33,411 nt of DNA, taken from positions 1 to 33,411 of the forward strand of contig PDRH01000047.1 in NCBI GenBank assembly GCA_002748015.1. The letters run 5' to 3'. Numbering within the stretch: the stretch's first letter is position 1; every line of letters begins with the position of its first letter. The stretch comes from Bacteroidota bacterium. GTDB lineage: Bacteria > Bacteroidota > Bacteroidia > Bacteroidales > CAJPTX01. Below, in pieces: positions 15,572 through 24,636 of this stretch. The notes under the pieces are model-generated. The model saw nothing but the letters and a program-made list of their open reading frames with translations, did not search any database and was not told the DNA's origin. A program made the translations under genes and the position numbers.

Positions 15572-17461
15572 ATGCGAACACACGGGATATACATTGTAGC
15601 GGGGGTATTACTATGCGCACTCGCCTTCGCCCTGACGGACTGCGCACGGATAGTAGCCCCAGGGGGCGGCCCTCGTGACAGCGTCCCTCCACGCATCGTG
15701 CGCTGCGAACCCATACCGGGTAGCACCGAGGTGCGCCCAGAGGAGCTACAGATCACCTTCGATGAATACGTAAAGCTCAAATCGCCCAATCGAAACATCT
15801 ACATGTCGCCACCGCTCAAGTACCCAGTAGTGGCCGTAGTCAAAGGGCGTACGGTAGAGATCCGGTTCCGGGACACGCTAGCCGACAGCACCACCTACAA
15901 CCTCCACTTCGGGCAATGTATCGTTGACCTGACCGAGGGGCAACCCATGGAAGACTTCAGCTTTGCCTTCAGCACCGGCCCAACGATAGATAGCGCACGC
16001 CTCTTTGGCCGGGTGCGCAATGCGCTAACACAACGCCCCATTGCGGGCATGAACGTTTCCATCTACCGGCAAAACATAGACTCATTGCCACAGACCACAC
16101 TCCCGGATTTCGTGGCTCGTACAGATAGTGCAGGTATCTTCGACATTCGCTACATCCCCAGCGGTAGCTACAAAATATTCGGCATCAAAAACGCATCCAA
16201 CAAGCTGATATACAGCAACACGAAGGATACAATAGCCTTTCTAAAGGAGCTGCAGACCACGGTGCTACCCGGGGACACCGTGGAGGCAAAACGTATACCA
16301 GTCCTCGAGGGCTTCGCGCGCGAGGTGAGGAAGCACTACCTACTAGCAGAAAAACGCCTGGTGGCCAACCGCATCTCCTTCGTATTCTCAGCTCGCCCCA
16401 TCGGGGGGCTACAGGCAACTCTTCTTGATGCCCCGGACGCAGAGCTAGTCAAAGAGCAATCTGCCAAGGGGGATACAGTAAGCTACTGGATAATGGACAG
16501 TGCAATCGCTCTACGGGACACGATTGTAACACGCCTACAGTACCAGCAAACAGACTCCACTGGCGGGCTACAAACCCGGCAAGACACGATCACCCTGCCA
16601 TTCGAGTTCCCGGAAAAGGAGGAGGAGGAGGAGGAGCTGACCGCGGCACAGGATAGCCTAAAAGTCAAGCCCCAGGCTATCGCGGCGCAACAACGGGAAG
16701 GGGACACTACGCAAACAGCAAGCAGGAAACCAACGCAGAAGGAGAAGGGTTGGCTTGAACGCACCTTCGGAACGAATCGCACCAGCGTGGAGCTGAGCAA
16801 AAAGGAGAAGCAGCGGAAGATAAAACGGATGGCCTGCGCCCTCGTATGCAAGCGGAAGAAGGTACTACGACCGTGGGACACCGTGAGCATCTCGCTAAGC
16901 TCGCCCACCACCCTACTCGAGAGGGGGAAAGTTCGCCTACTATCACTACCCGACTCCACCACCCTCGAGGCCAAGGTAAGCTATGAGCCAGAGGTGCAGC
17001 CCCGGCGAATTGCCATTACCCACGAATGGGAGCCCGGAAGGGAATATCGCCTTAGGGTTGAACCCGGTGCCGTGAAGAACCTCTTTGGCCGCACGAACGA
17101 CACCCTCAAGATGAGCCTTAAAGGGCTAAACCCCAGCGACTACTCCGCCCTGCACATCACGCTAAAGAATGCCCCAGAGCAAGCCCTCATACAGCTACTA
17201 CCGGCCGGCAAATACAGGCAGATACTACGCCAGGAGCATGGCCATTCCGCAGATTTTATCTACCTTGACCCCGGAACGGTGTGGATCCGCCTCATTGACG
17301 ATGCCAACGGGAATGGCCAATGGGATGCAGGGGACTACAGCCTCGGGACCGAACCGGAGCGGGTACGGTACTACCTCAACGAGCTCGGAGACAGAGATAT
17401 CATCATGCGCCCCAACTGGGAGTACGATATACACATTAACTACGAAAAACTGGAGGAGTAA
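15572..17461 (+). CDS. Ig-like (SbsA/Big_5-type) domain lipoprotein
   Basis: Lipobox (ALTDC). The following PGGGPRDSVPPRIV...PGSTEV...ITFDEYV is typical of Bacteroidota Ig-like domain lipoproteins. A central charged low-complexity segment includes a (GAG)n run. Confidence 0.7.
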   Translation: MRTHGIYIVAGVLLCALAFALTDCARIVAPGGGPRDSVPPRIVRCEPIPGSTEVRPEELQITFDEYVKLKSPNRNIYMSPPLKYPVVAVVKGRTVEIRFRDTLADSTTYNLHFGQCIVDLTEGQPMEDFSFAFSTGPTIDSARLFGRVRNALTQRPIAGMNVSIYRQNIDSLPQTTLPDFVARTDSAGIFDIRYIPSGSYKIFGIKNASNKLIYSNTKDTIAFLKELQTTVLPGDTVEAKRIPVLEGFAREVRKHYLLAEKRLVANRISFVFSARPIGGLQATLLDAPDAELVKEQSAKGDTVSYWIMDSAIALRDTIVTRLQYQQTDSTGGLQTRQDTITLPFEFPEKEEEEEELTAAQDSLKVKPQAIAAQQREGDTTQTASRKPTQKEKGWLERTFGTNRTSVELSKKEKQRKIKRMACALVCKRKKVLRPWDTVSISLSSPTTLLERGKVRLLSLPDSTTLEAKVSYEPEVQPRRIAITHEWEPGREYRLRVEPGAVKNLFGRTNDTLKMSLKGLNPSDYSALHITLKNAPEQALIQLLPAGKYRQILRQEHGHSADFIYLDPGTVWIRLIDDANGNGQWDAGDYSLGTEPERVRYYLNELGDRDIIMRPNWEYDIHINYEKLEE

Positions 17462-17463
17462 AC

Positions 17464-17769
17464 ATGTCAGTACTAGTCAACTTCGCAATGTTCCCAACGG
17501 ATAAGGTTGGGAGTATGTCGCCCTACGTGGCCAAGCTCGAAAAGGCCATACGCGACCAGGGCTACCCAAGCCAGCTGACCGCCATGAGCACCATCGTAGA
17601 GACCCCCACACTGGCAGAAGCCTTCAAGGTAATGCAGGCCGCCTACGATGCCCTCACGCCCGACTGCAAGCGGGTTTACGTCTCCGCAACCTTCGACATC
17701 AAGGCAGAAGGGGAGAACCGCCTAGAGGGCAAAGTCAAGTCAGTGGAGGAGAAGATCGCGCGTGGCTAG
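17464..17769 (+). CDS. MTH1187/YkoF-like thiamine-binding family protein (DUF77)
   Basis: 101 aa. The pattern VNFAMFPTDK..SMSPYVAKLEKAIRDQG...TAMSTIVE...RVYVSATFDIK....RLEGKVKSVEEK fits the approximately 100-aa MTH1187 family. Confidence 0.7.
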   Translation: MSVLVNFAMFPTDKVGSMSPYVAKLEKAIRDQGYPSQLTAMSTIVETPTLAEAFKVMQAAYDALTPDCKRVYVSATFDIKAEGENRLEGKVKSVEEKIARG

Positions 17770-18490
17770 CAGTCCACTCGCCACCCCTCGCCGATGCGGC
17801 CTAGTCCTACTGCTGGCGCTGCTATGCCTCCTACCAAGGGTCAAAGCGCAGGATGTAACTGTCGACACCATCACCCTCACGGTAGGTGCTAGGGTCGGAG
17901 TGGGTATTAGCCGCATCACCTTTCAGCCCTTCCAGCCACGCTACCCCGGTCTGAAGGCCGAGGGTGGTGTGGTTTTTGGGGTGTCAGCAGAACGCTACTT
18001 CGGCATGCAGGTAGAGCTAGACTTCGCCCGTACGGCCTTCGAAACGGTTGAAGCGCACCAGCGGAAAATCGGGCAGAAGGAGTGGATCGGCGAGCGCCTC
18101 AAGGTGGAAAACCTCTGGTTGCAGCTACCCATACTCGCCGAAGGGCACTACCGGTATAAGCGCCTTCTCATGCGCCTACAGGTCGGTGGCTTTCTGGACT
18201 ACCTGCTAATCGAGCGGGCTGGAATAGGTGGCGCCATGGAGCGGATGGACCTCAAGAGCTGGGCGTACAACCGCCTCGGGGTGGGCGTGTGCGGCGGCGG
18301 AGGGCTAGGAATAGCCACCAGCTTCGGCAACTTCCACCTCGACTACCGATTTAACTACCGGCTCACCAACCTGTACGACAGGGAGCGAATCCCCGGAGCG
18401 AATGAACCTCGCTCCAACCCCCGAGACCACGGCCTATCCATTACGTATACATATACATTCACTAAGATACAGGAGAAGATAGCACCATGA
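17762..18490 (+). CDS. Outer-membrane beta-barrel protein (porin-family / OMP_b-brl type)
   Basis: GTG start overlapping the upstream stop by 8 nt. Signal peptide (LLLALLCLLPRVKAQ). Alternating beta-strand pattern with an aromatic-rich C-terminal strand (LSITYTYTF). Confidence 0.7.
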   Translation: MASSPLATPRRCGLVLLLALLCLLPRVKAQDVTVDTITLTVGARVGVGISRITFQPFQPRYPGLKAEGGVVFGVSAERYFGMQVELDFARTAFETVEAHQRKIGQKEWIGERLKVENLWLQLPILAEGHYRYKRLLMRLQVGGFLDYLLIERAGIGGAMERMDLKSWAYNRLGVGVCGGGGLGIATSFGNFHLDYRFNYRLTNLYDRERIPGANEPRSNPRDHGLSITYTYTFTKIQEKIAP

Positions 18491-19296
18491 AGAAAATCAT
18501 CGTACTGCTCACGCTGCTAGCCGGGTTGGCCAGCATGGCGCTAGGGCAGAAGTCATTCAGCCAGGAGGGGCTAGCCTCCTACTACGCCGACAAGTTCCAG
18601 GGGCGAACCACCGCCTCGGGCGACCGATACGACAAGGCCAAGTTCACCTGCGCCCACATGTCCCTGCCCTTCGGCACTGAGCTACTCGTTACCAATCTCG
18701 AGAACGGGAAGCAAACCACCGTGCAGGTGAACGACCGTGGCCCCTTTGTCGCCAACCGCATCATAGACCTCTCGAGAGCGGCCGCCGAGGAGATCGACAT
18801 GGTGAAAAGTGGAGTCGCCAAGGTCAAGGTAGAGATTGCCAGCCAGGCCAAGAGCGAGGCAAGCGCCAGCCAGACCAGCAGCAAGCCCGCGGGACAGACC
18901 GCCGCCAGGCCAAAGCCCCAGAAAGCTCCGGCAGCCAAGCCTACCCCTAGGCCCACACCAAAGCCCACCCCTGCCAGCCAGTCCAGCGCCTACAGTGCAC
19001 CCCGCGAAGAGGGCGATATGGAGCTATTCGGCCTAGAGGTTAAACCCCTGGCCAGCCGCGCGCTAACGGGCTACGGCGTGCAGATAGCCTCCTACAACGA
19101 CCAGAGCAACATGCTGCGCCGCGCATCAGAGCTAGAGCAGCGCTTCAGGCACCTGCTGAAGGTAGAGATCATCAGCGGGGATGATAGCAAGAGCTACAAG
19201 CTCATTATCGGGCTCTTCCCCACCAAGGCGGAGGCCCAGAAGTACAGGGCCCAGCTACAGGCCGTCTACCCCGACTGCTTCATCATATCGCTCTAG
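18487..19296 (+). CDS. rlpA: Septal-ring lytic transglycosylase RlpA-family protein with a C-terminal SPOR domain
   Basis: GLASYYADKFQGRTTASGDRYD...CAHMSLPFGTELLVTNLENGKQTTVQVNDRGPF is the DPBB/RlpA block. A Pro/Ala/Lys linker follows. The SPOR-like end reads YGVQIASYND...YKLIIGLFPTKAEAQ. Confidence 0.85.
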   Translation: MKKIIVLLTLLAGLASMALGQKSFSQEGLASYYADKFQGRTTASGDRYDKAKFTCAHMSLPFGTELLVTNLENGKQTTVQVNDRGPFVANRIIDLSRAAAEEIDMVKSGVAKVKVEIASQAKSEASASQTSSKPAGQTAARPKPQKAPAAKPTPRPTPKPTPASQSSAYSAPREEGDMELFGLEVKPLASRALTGYGVQIASYNDQSNMLRRASELEQRFRHLLKVEIISGDDSKSYKLIIGLFPTKAEAQKYRAQLQAVYPDCFIISL

Positions 19297-19379
19297 CAAC
19301 AGCAAGCGGCGAGCACCCACGGGATATATCAGCCGGAGGTAAGAATACAAAAACAAGGACAGAAAGCTACAGTAAGACA

Positions 19380-20387
19380 ATGACGACAAAAGGCGGCAAA
19401 CCCATAGTGGTAAGTGGGATACGCTCTACGGGAAAGCTCCATCTGGGGAACTACCTAGGGGCGCTCAAGAACTTCGTAGGGATGCAGGAGCAGTTTAACT
19501 GCTTCTTCTTCATTGCGGATTTGCACTCGCTCACAACGCACCCCACCTCCAAGGAGCTACACACCTCCGTGCGGCAGGTGATGGCCGAGTACCTCGCAGC
19601 AGGGCTAGACCCCCAGAAATGCTCCCTCTACGTACAGAGCGACGTGCCCGAGGTGGTGGAGCTATACCTCTTCCTGAACATGAACGCCTACCTCGGCGAG
19701 TTGCAACGATGCACCAGCTTCAAGGACAAAGTGCGCAAGCAACCAGAGAACATCAACGCCGGACTGCTAACCTACCCAACCCTCATGGCCGCAGACATCC
19801 TGCAGCACCGGGCGAATATAGTCCCCGTGGGGAAGGACCAGGAACAGCATCTGGAGATGGCCCGCACCTTCGGCAACCGCTTCAACCGGATGTACGAAGT
19901 GGACCTATTCCCTGAACCACAGTCCTACAAGAGCGAAGCCCCGCTGGTGAAAATCCCCGGCCTCGACGGCACGGGCAAGATGGGCAAATCCGAGGGCAAC
20001 GCCATCTACCTAAGCGATAGCCCGGAAGTCATCCGCAAGAAGGTCATGAAGGCCATGAGCGACAACGGCCCGACCCAGCCCAACCAGCCCAAGAGCGAGG
20101 CCATACAGAACCTCTTCACGCTCATGCAGCACGTATCCACACCGGATACCCTCAGGTTCTTCGAGGAGGCCTACAACGCCTGCACCATACGCTACGGCGA
20201 CATGAAGAAGCAGCTGGCCGAGGACATGATAGCCGCCACCGCCCCCATACGGGAGCGCATAGAGTACTACGTAAGCCACGAGGAGCTACTGACCGAGGCC
20301 GCCGCGCAGGGAGCAGCAAGCGCCAGCGAAAGCTCCCGCGAGACCCTCAAGCTGGTCAAAGAGGCCGTCGGCATCAAGCGCCTCTAG
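19380..20387 (+). CDS. trpS: Tryptophan--tRNA ligase
   Basis: Class I signatures: GKLHLGNYLG (HIGH variant) and KMGKS (KMSKS variant). The TrpRS-specific motifs YPTLMAADIL and VPVGKDQEQH are present. Length is 335 aa. Confidence 0.92.
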   Translation: MTTKGGKPIVVSGIRSTGKLHLGNYLGALKNFVGMQEQFNCFFFIADLHSLTTHPTSKELHTSVRQVMAEYLAAGLDPQKCSLYVQSDVPEVVELYLFLNMNAYLGELQRCTSFKDKVRKQPENINAGLLTYPTLMAADILQHRANIVPVGKDQEQHLEMARTFGNRFNRMYEVDLFPEPQSYKSEAPLVKIPGLDGTGKMGKSEGNAIYLSDSPEVIRKKVMKAMSDNGPTQPNQPKSEAIQNLFTLMQHVSTPDTLRFFEEAYNACTIRYGDMKKQLAEDMIAATAPIRERIEYYVSHEELLTEAAAQGAASASESSRETLKLVKEAVGIKRL

Positions 20388-20419
20388 CCCACAATAGCGG
20401 CCAATAGGCAACCTATGAT

Positions 20420-20455
20420 GAAGGCGGGTACTCAGGCAGTATCCGCCTTCTTTAT
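20420..20455 (+). terminator. Rho-independent terminator after trpS
   Basis: GAAGGCGG (20420-20427) pairs with CCGCCTTC (20443-20450), with additional inner TACT/AGTA pairing. It is followed by TTTAT. Confidence 0.6.
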
Positions 20456-20467
20456 ACCGCAAAACGT

Positions 20468-21094
20468 ATGAATACACCAGAGCCAAAAGACCTCGAAGCA
20501 CGCGCCAGGGACATACTTGCGCGCATCAACCTCTTTCAGAACGGCCCGGTTGCCCAGCAGCTACGGGAAGCGGGGGTAGTCTACCCCTACTCCCTCGGCG
20601 TACCCATCCCCTCCCTGCGGGAAATCGCTGGAGAATATGAGGCCTCCATGCCGCTAGCCCGCCATCTGGTGCAACGTAAGCTTCGCGAGGCTATACTGAT
20701 CGCCTCCATGCTAGCCGTTCCGGAGGAATTCCAAGCTGAGGACTACGACCTCTGGGAGCAGACCTTCACCACCCCCGAAGCGGTAGAAGTCGCTTGCTTC
20801 CACTGCCTATGCAAGCTCCCTGCACCGTGGAGCCACATATCCAGCTGGTTGCAATCCCAAGAACCGCTACGGCAGAAGGCCGGGCTGCTTACCCTATGCC
20901 ATGCGCTACGAAAAGGGCGGACCATCCCCAGCACGCTTAGCGAAGGGCTAGAGCTCAGCCAGACCGCACACCACACCGCCCTGCAGCAGGACCTACTCGC
21001 ACTCTATGATGCCAGCCAGGGCAAGGATGAAAAAGTCCACCAAAAAGTCCAGGCTGCGTTACGGGAAAACCTAGGGCCGGACTGCGAGCTATAG
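20468..21094 (+). CDS. HEAT-like repeat protein, possibly the DNA alkylation repair (AlkD-like) family
   Basis: 208-aa all-helical-looking ORF. N..VAQQLREAGVVYPYSLGVPIPSLREIAGEY....LARHL......REAILIASML resembles the DNA_alkylation family pattern. The call is from memory. Confidence 0.5.
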   Translation: MNTPEPKDLEARARDILARINLFQNGPVAQQLREAGVVYPYSLGVPIPSLREIAGEYEASMPLARHLVQRKLREAILIASMLAVPEEFQAEDYDLWEQTFTTPEAVEVACFHCLCKLPAPWSHISSWLQSQEPLRQKAGLLTLCHALRKGRTIPSTLSEGLELSQTAHHTALQQDLLALYDASQGKDEKVHQKVQAALRENLGPDCEL

Positions 21095-21127
21095 GGCTAA
21101 CCGCATATCGGAAGCCCCTCGGCGTGC

Positions 21128-22601
21128 CTAGCGATGCTCCGGGCGCACGAGGTCAGTTATCTCCTTGACGGGCGTGAAAGTGGATGAGGGCACCTCAACG
21201 AAGAGGCTTATCCAGTCGGCTTGCGCCCCGTTCCATAGGCCCGGTAGCTCCTGCGCCAGAATCTCATCGCTACCAATGGTCTTGCGCGCAATGAAGCCCG
21301 TAGCCGGGTCAACGTAGCGATGCAGAGCAAACTTCTCCCCGTACCGATTACGCAGGCCGCAGACTATCTCCACCGGGTTGAAGTACTCCGCCTCCTGCAG
21401 CATCCGTTGCACCTCAGGGCTATCCGTATCCATCTGCGAGGTCTCCACGATCTGGAGGGAGCACGCTCCATCTGGATGCCGTACCCAGAATGGTCCACCA
21501 CCCGGCTCCCCCTCGTTCTTGACCATCCCGCAGACGCGCATTGGGCGGTTAAGCATGCGCCGGAGATACTCCACCCGCTCCTGAACCAGCTCATCGCTCG
21601 GCGCCCCCACCAACCAGGGGGCAGGGCGTAGCTTTATCTCACGCATGGCGTACTCCAGCATCTCATATACTCGTTCAGGTGTCGGACTACCATCCAGCTC
21701 GTCCAGCATGCTGAAGACTTCCCGTTGCCTCTTGAGCCTTGAGGCGGTCAGGTGCTACATTATCAATGTTCTTGATGAACACCAGCTCGCCCTCCAGAAC
21801 GCTGAGGTTCTCCAGCAGCGCACCATGCCCTGCAGGCCGGAATACGAAGCGCCCAGCCGTATCGCGGTAGGGCGAACCATCCAGCCTTGCGGCTATCGTA
21901 TCGGTGGACGGGGACTGCAAGCTGAAGCCTAGATGATACTTCACCCCGTAGCGTTGCTCCAGCGAGGATACCACCGCCATGGCGTGCGCACGTATGCTCG
22001 CCTCGTGCTGGGGCGATACGGTAAAATGGATGTGGACAGTTCCGTCCTGCCGACGTGCGTAGAGCGCCCCCTCCACGAGATGCTCCTCGATGGGGGTTCT
22101 CGTAGTACCATCCTCCTGCCGATGAAAGGGGATGAGAGCCTTGGGTCTAACTGCTAGCCCCAACGCCTGGGGGTCAACTATGGCACGGACGATGGGTGCA
22201 TAATCCCCCTTCTCCTCCAGCTCATCCACCTGTTGGCCGCTCCCCGCCAGGAAATCCGCCACCATGGGGGCAAAAGGGTAATGCGCCAGGGAAGCTTTGA
22301 GGGGGTTGCCCTGGGTGGGTTTATCGAGGTGGGCATAGAGCCTCTTGAAGAGCCGGGTAGCCGCCCCGGAGGCAGGGACGAACTTGGTGCAGCTCGCAGA
22401 GCTAGCATCGTACTCCTTCTGGAGCGCCTCGAGTTCGTCTTCCGAAAGCCGTATAATACCCCGGCTCAGGGTCGCCGGGCCATCGAGCTGCAAACGGGGG
22501 AACCCCTCGTGAAAACGGTCTATCTGGGTCTGAATTTGCTCGGGGGTGAGGCCGTGTTCCTCTATCTGCAGAAGGTCCTGGGGGGAGAATTGGTATGCCA
22601 T
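21128..22601 (-). pseudogene. DUF4301-family gene split by a +1 frame change (two ORFs: 21687..22601 and 21128..21709)
   Basis: The N-terminal ORF (FSPQDLLQIEEHGLTPEQIQTQIDRF...KFVPASGAATRLFKRLY...FIKNIDNV) and the C-terminal ORF (RVCGMVKNEGEPGGGPFWV...) read as one protein of about 490 aa. The two frames overlap, and both are open only between 21690 and 21755, so the shift must lie there. That interval contains no homopolymer. Confidence 0.6.
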
Positions 22602-22750
22602 ATGCGTACGTTTAGAGCTTTATTTGCTGGTGAAGTTACAAAAAAAAAACTGGTCCTAGCAGACCACACCGCTACGCGGGTGAACTATCAACTCCCCCCC
22701 ATGAGTCAGAGTATGATTCCGAAGGTACACACCGCCACTTGGAACCGCCT

Positions 22751-22807
22751 CCGCCTAGGGCTCCCCTCCCTATTTCTCGGGGAAATAGGGAGGGGCCTAG
22801 GGGGCGG
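22751..22807. repeat. 57-nt palindromic element, copy B (14-bp perfect stem, 5-nt loop, CCGCCTAGG / CCTAGGGGGCGG flanks)
   Basis: CCCCTCCCTATTTC (22763-22776) pairs with GAAATAGGGAGGGG (22782-22795). It has the same length, the same left flank CCGCCTAGG and the same ATTTC-nCGGG-GAAAT centre as copy A. Confidence 0.6.
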
Positions 22808-22899
22808 ATCTGCCCCAAACCCTCCCTAGCCCCTGAAGACTCATTAGGAATTTCATCAGCAGGAACGCCAAGAGGGCTTGCTCTTCCTCAAGTTTCCCC

Positions 22900-22907
22900 T
22901 ATATTTG
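22900..22907 (+). promoter_or_regulatory. Bacteroidota -7 box (TATATTTG) for the SSS transporter, implying a 5' leader of about 130 nt
   Basis: Exact consensus match 140 nt upstream of ATG 23048. I found no closer match. Confidence 0.45.
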
Positions 22908-23047
22908 CGACTTGCTAAAAAGCCCTCAGGGGCTATTTTTATGCCGGTGCACTCGGTTTTGCGCTATGCGAGAAGGCCAACCGTGCTGTTCTCCATCTGG
23001 GGCTGAAAGTATGGGGCATCGGTTCGCTTACCAATACCATTGACGCA

Positions 23048-24559
23048 ATGAGTTCTACGCTAGGTGCAATACTGCTGTTCGGCTACTTCGGGGTGCTTTT
23101 CCTCATCTCGCGGCTGACCGGCCGGAATGCGAGCAATACGACCTTCTTCCGGGGCAACCGCACCGCCCCGTGGTGGGCCATAGCCTTCGGGATGATAGGC
23201 ACCTCCCTCTCGGGGATAACCATGATCAGCGTACCGGGGTGGGTGGAGACTACCGGCATGGGCTACATGCAGATGGTGCTGGGCTACGTAGTGGGCTACT
23301 ACATCATCGCCTATGTGCTCCTCCCGGTGTACTACCGCCTACAGCTACCGAGCATCTACTCCTACCTCTCGGACCGCTTCGGGCGTATTAGCTATGCGAC
23401 GGGGGCCAGCTTCTTCATCCTCAACCGCACGATTATCGCTTCGCTCCGCCTGTTCGTTGTGGCCTCGGTGCTGCACGGGCTGGTATTCTCGGCCTGGGGC
23501 GTCCCCTTCTGGTCGAGCGTTGTAATCTCGCTGGCGCTGATCTGGGTGTACACGCATAGGGCGGGGATACAGACCATCATCTGGACCGATAGCTTCCAGA
23601 CGCTGGTCATGTTCCTCACGGTGATCATCTCGCTGGTGTACGTATGCAGCGCATTGGACTTCGGCCTGCTGGATGCCATCGCGGCCATCCGCGACCATGC
23701 TAACTCCCGGATGTTCTACCTGGACGACTGGAAGAGCCCGCAGTTCTTCGTGAAGCAGTTCCTGACGGGGGCCTTCATCCCGGTGGTGATGACGGGCCTG
23801 GACCAGGATATGATGCAGAAGAACCTGGCATGCCGCACGCTGAAGGATGCGCAGAAGAACATGGTAACCTACGGCTACGGCTTCATCCCCATCAACCTGC
23901 TGCTGCTATCGCTGGGCGTGCTGCTGGTAATCCTGGCTGGACAGCTTGGGATAGCCCCGCTGCCCGCTGCCGACAAGCTCTACCCGACGCTAGCGACCGG
24001 TGGCTACCTCCCGAGCGTTGTGGGGGTGGTCTTTACCCTGGGGGTAATCGCTGCGGCCTACTCCTCGGCGGACTCGGCGCTGACGGCCCTCACCACCTCT
24101 GTAACGATTGATATCCTACGCATACCGGTAGACCAGGAGGCGAAGGTAAAGCGCGTCCGCCTCATGGTGCACGCGGCGATGTCTGTAGCCATGGTGGTGA
24201 TCATACTGCTCTTCAAGGCGCTGGACAGCGGCTCGGTAATCGGTACGCTCTTCACGTCGGTGAGCTACCTGTACGGCCCGCTGCTGGGGATCTACGCCTT
24301 CGGCCTGTTCACGCACTGCAAGACGCGGGAGTGGGCGGTGCCGGTGGTGGCCATCGTCTCGCCGGTGGTCTGCTGGCTCCTGCGGGGCTGGCTTCTGAGC
24401 GCATACGGCTACAGCCTGGGCTACGAGGTGCTAATGCTCAACGGGGGCTTGACCTTCGGGCTACTATGGCTGCTGAAGGGGGAGGGGCACTTCGAGGACA
24501 ACCGTCTCCAGCGGCGGAGTACGGCGGAGGCGCCGGAGGCCGCAAAGGGTAATATCTAG
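23048..24559 (+). CDS. Sodium:solute symporter (SSS) family transporter
   Basis: 503 aa with about 13 hydrophobic segments. The N-terminal FFRGNRTAPWWAIAFGMIGTSLSGITMISVPG and the following LPSIYSYLSDRFG are typical of the SSS family. Confidence 0.85.
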   Translation: MSSTLGAILLFGYFGVLFLISRLTGRNASNTTFFRGNRTAPWWAIAFGMIGTSLSGITMISVPGWVETTGMGYMQMVLGYVVGYYIIAYVLLPVYYRLQLPSIYSYLSDRFGRISYATGASFFILNRTIIASLRLFVVASVLHGLVFSAWGVPFWSSVVISLALIWVYTHRAGIQTIIWTDSFQTLVMFLTVIISLVYVCSALDFGLLDAIAAIRDHANSRMFYLDDWKSPQFFVKQFLTGAFIPVVMTGLDQDMMQKNLACRTLKDAQKNMVTYGYGFIPINLLLLSLGVLLVILAGQLGIAPLPAADKLYPTLATGGYLPSVVGVVFTLGVIAAAYSSADSALTALTTSVTIDILRIPVDQEAKVKRVRLMVHAAMSVAMVVIILLFKALDSGSVIGTLFTSVSYLYGPLLGIYAFGLFTHCKTREWAVPVVAIVSPVVCWLLRGWLLSAYGYSLGYEVLMLNGGLTFGLLWLLKGEGHFEDNRLQRRSTAEAPEAAKGNI

Positions 24560-24598
24560 GAAATTCGCCTAGCTGGTGGGTTTCCCCCCACGGCCAAC

Positions 24599-24606
24599 TA
24601 TCTTTG
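24599..24606 (+). promoter_or_regulatory. Bacteroidota -7 box (TATCTTTG)
   Basis: Exact consensus match 31 nt upstream of the GTG start at 24637. Confidence 0.5.
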
Positions 24607-24636
24607 CAGGGCGAATCGCTACAGTAAACCAGCTAC

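Noticed and set aside
16618-16636. (GGA/GAG)n trinucleotide run. I also noted the lysine/arginine-codon runs at 13460-13500 and 14060-14140, and the 24-nt tandem duplication at 15063-15101.
   Set aside because: These are in-frame low-complexity coding sequence (poly-Glu, poly-Lys/Arg and a Gly/Pro/Glu linker). They are not independent repeat elements or CRISPR-like arrays.
17762-17769. 8-nt overlap between the MTH1187-like gene and the GTG start of the OM beta-barrel gene, and the 4-nt overlap at 18487-18490, considered as possible frameshift or fusion sites.
   Set aside because: Short start/stop overlaps are ordinary translational coupling within an operon. Both downstream products begin with normal signal peptides.
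22941-23006. The 21-codon uORF in the SSS leader, considered as a stand-alone small protein gene.
   Set aside because: The peptide has no recognisable features and no independent support. It is kept only as part of the leader-regulation hypothesis.
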